Virus record (IMG/VR): IMGVR_UViG_3300048576_000617
Coordinates: 1 to 32,850 of that record
Length of the DNA: 32,850 nucleotides
Origin: a virus
Lineage: Duplodnaviria; Caudoviricetes
Direction: 5' to 3' (one strand)
The number at the start of each line of letters is the position of its first letter. Positions within the stretch are counted from its first letter, which is position 1. The notes under the pieces were generated by a model, which was not told the origin of the DNA, searched no databases, and saw nothing but the letters and a program-made list of their open reading frames with translations. Below are positions 32,306 to 32,850 of this stretch, piece by piece. A program made the translations under genes and the position numbers.

Positions 32306-32850
32306 TGAACTATGTATTCGATGCGAAAGGCCGACTGATCGGCGAGAGCGAGACGCGCGTGCCGCGTTCGACCAATGTGGCTCCGCCGGCGGGCACGACG
32401 CCGGCGGGCACGGAATGGCGCTTCGTGGATGCGCTGCAGCAATGGGTTGCCCTGCCTGAAGAAGAGGAAGACGTTCCGTCAGTGCAGATGCCGACCCTGG
32501 TGGTCACAGCAGTGCAGGCCGACGCAGAGCATGCAGCTGCGATGCAGGCCAATGGCGTGACGGACATTACTTGCCCGGCGGGGGCCGTGTTGACCTTTTC
32601 TGCCGAATTGCGCGACGCAGAGGGGAAGGTGCTGCTGCTCGACGACAGCTTCCGCATGCCTGTGCGCGCGCGTGACGGCCGCGAGCGCGTCGTGATCGCT
32701 CAAATGACACAGGGCATCGTGACCATTGAGGTTCCACTGCGTGAGTCCGGCGTCTGGTCTGCAGATGAAGAGACGATCAACGCAGCACTTCCCGCGCGGT
32801 CTCAGATGCGCTTTGCAGGCATCACCGTGTTCGCGTTTGACGCGGTCTGA
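32305..32850 (+). CDS. putative tail-fibre assembly/accessory protein
   Basis: TGATG overlap; N-terminus Y.FD..G.LIG...ST.VAPP...W resembles fibre chaperones; beta-rich C-terminal domain. Confidence 0.6.
   Translation: MNYVFDAKGRLIGESETRVPRSTNVAPPAGTTPAGTEWRFVDALQQWVALPEEEEDVPSVQMPTLVVTAVQADAEHAAAMQANGVTDITCPAGAVLTFSAELRDAEGKVLLLDDSFRMPVRARDGRERVVIAQMTQGIVTIEVPLRESGVWSADEETINAALPARSQMRFAGITVFAFDAV

Larger units (their letters stand above)
1..32850 (+). mobile_element. Mu-like transposable (pro)phage with contractile tail; both ends lie outside the window
   Basis: ner-A-B-gam-gemA-mor early order, then lysis, Mu-type head and P2-type tail genes, tightly packed with many ATGA/TGATG overlaps. 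Confidence 0.97.

Noticed and set aside
31139-32850. Diversity-generating retroelement or invertible fibre segment
   Set aside because: No reverse transcriptase, invertase, template/variable repeat pair or flanking inverted repeats seen in the window; they could lie downstream

Overview
Nearly the whole window is one GC-rich, Mu-like (transposable) prophage or phage genome with a contractile tail, transcribed almost entirely on the + strand. Early module: ner, small accessory genes, Mu A DDE transposase, Mu B ATPase, gam, gemA and a Mor/C-family activator. Late modules: lysis (holin, lytic transglycosylase, Rz/Rz1), Mu-type head (small and large terminase, portal, MuF, gpG, protease/scaffold, cement, capsid), and a P2-type tail (sheath, tube, chaperone, tape measure, U, X, D, V, W, J, I) ending in a split tail-fibre module. 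The repressor, the phage ends and any com/mom genes are not in the window. Most notable observations: (1) the Mor/C activator carries an exact 80-residue tandem duplication of its dimerisation region but only one HTH; (2) four intergenic TAAA-N4-TTTAG palindromes each have a -10-like hexamer at identical spacing and are candidate late promoters, two apparently leaderless; (3) two antisense membrane-protein genes have their own expression signals, one nested opposite a + strand ORF coupled at both ends; (4) an in-frame winged-helix/Gam fusion has an internal start; (5) the tail chaperone appears to use a +1 frameshift; (6) the fibre module is split and includes an Asp-box propeller protein. All family assignments come from motif recognition and gene order; no database search was run.
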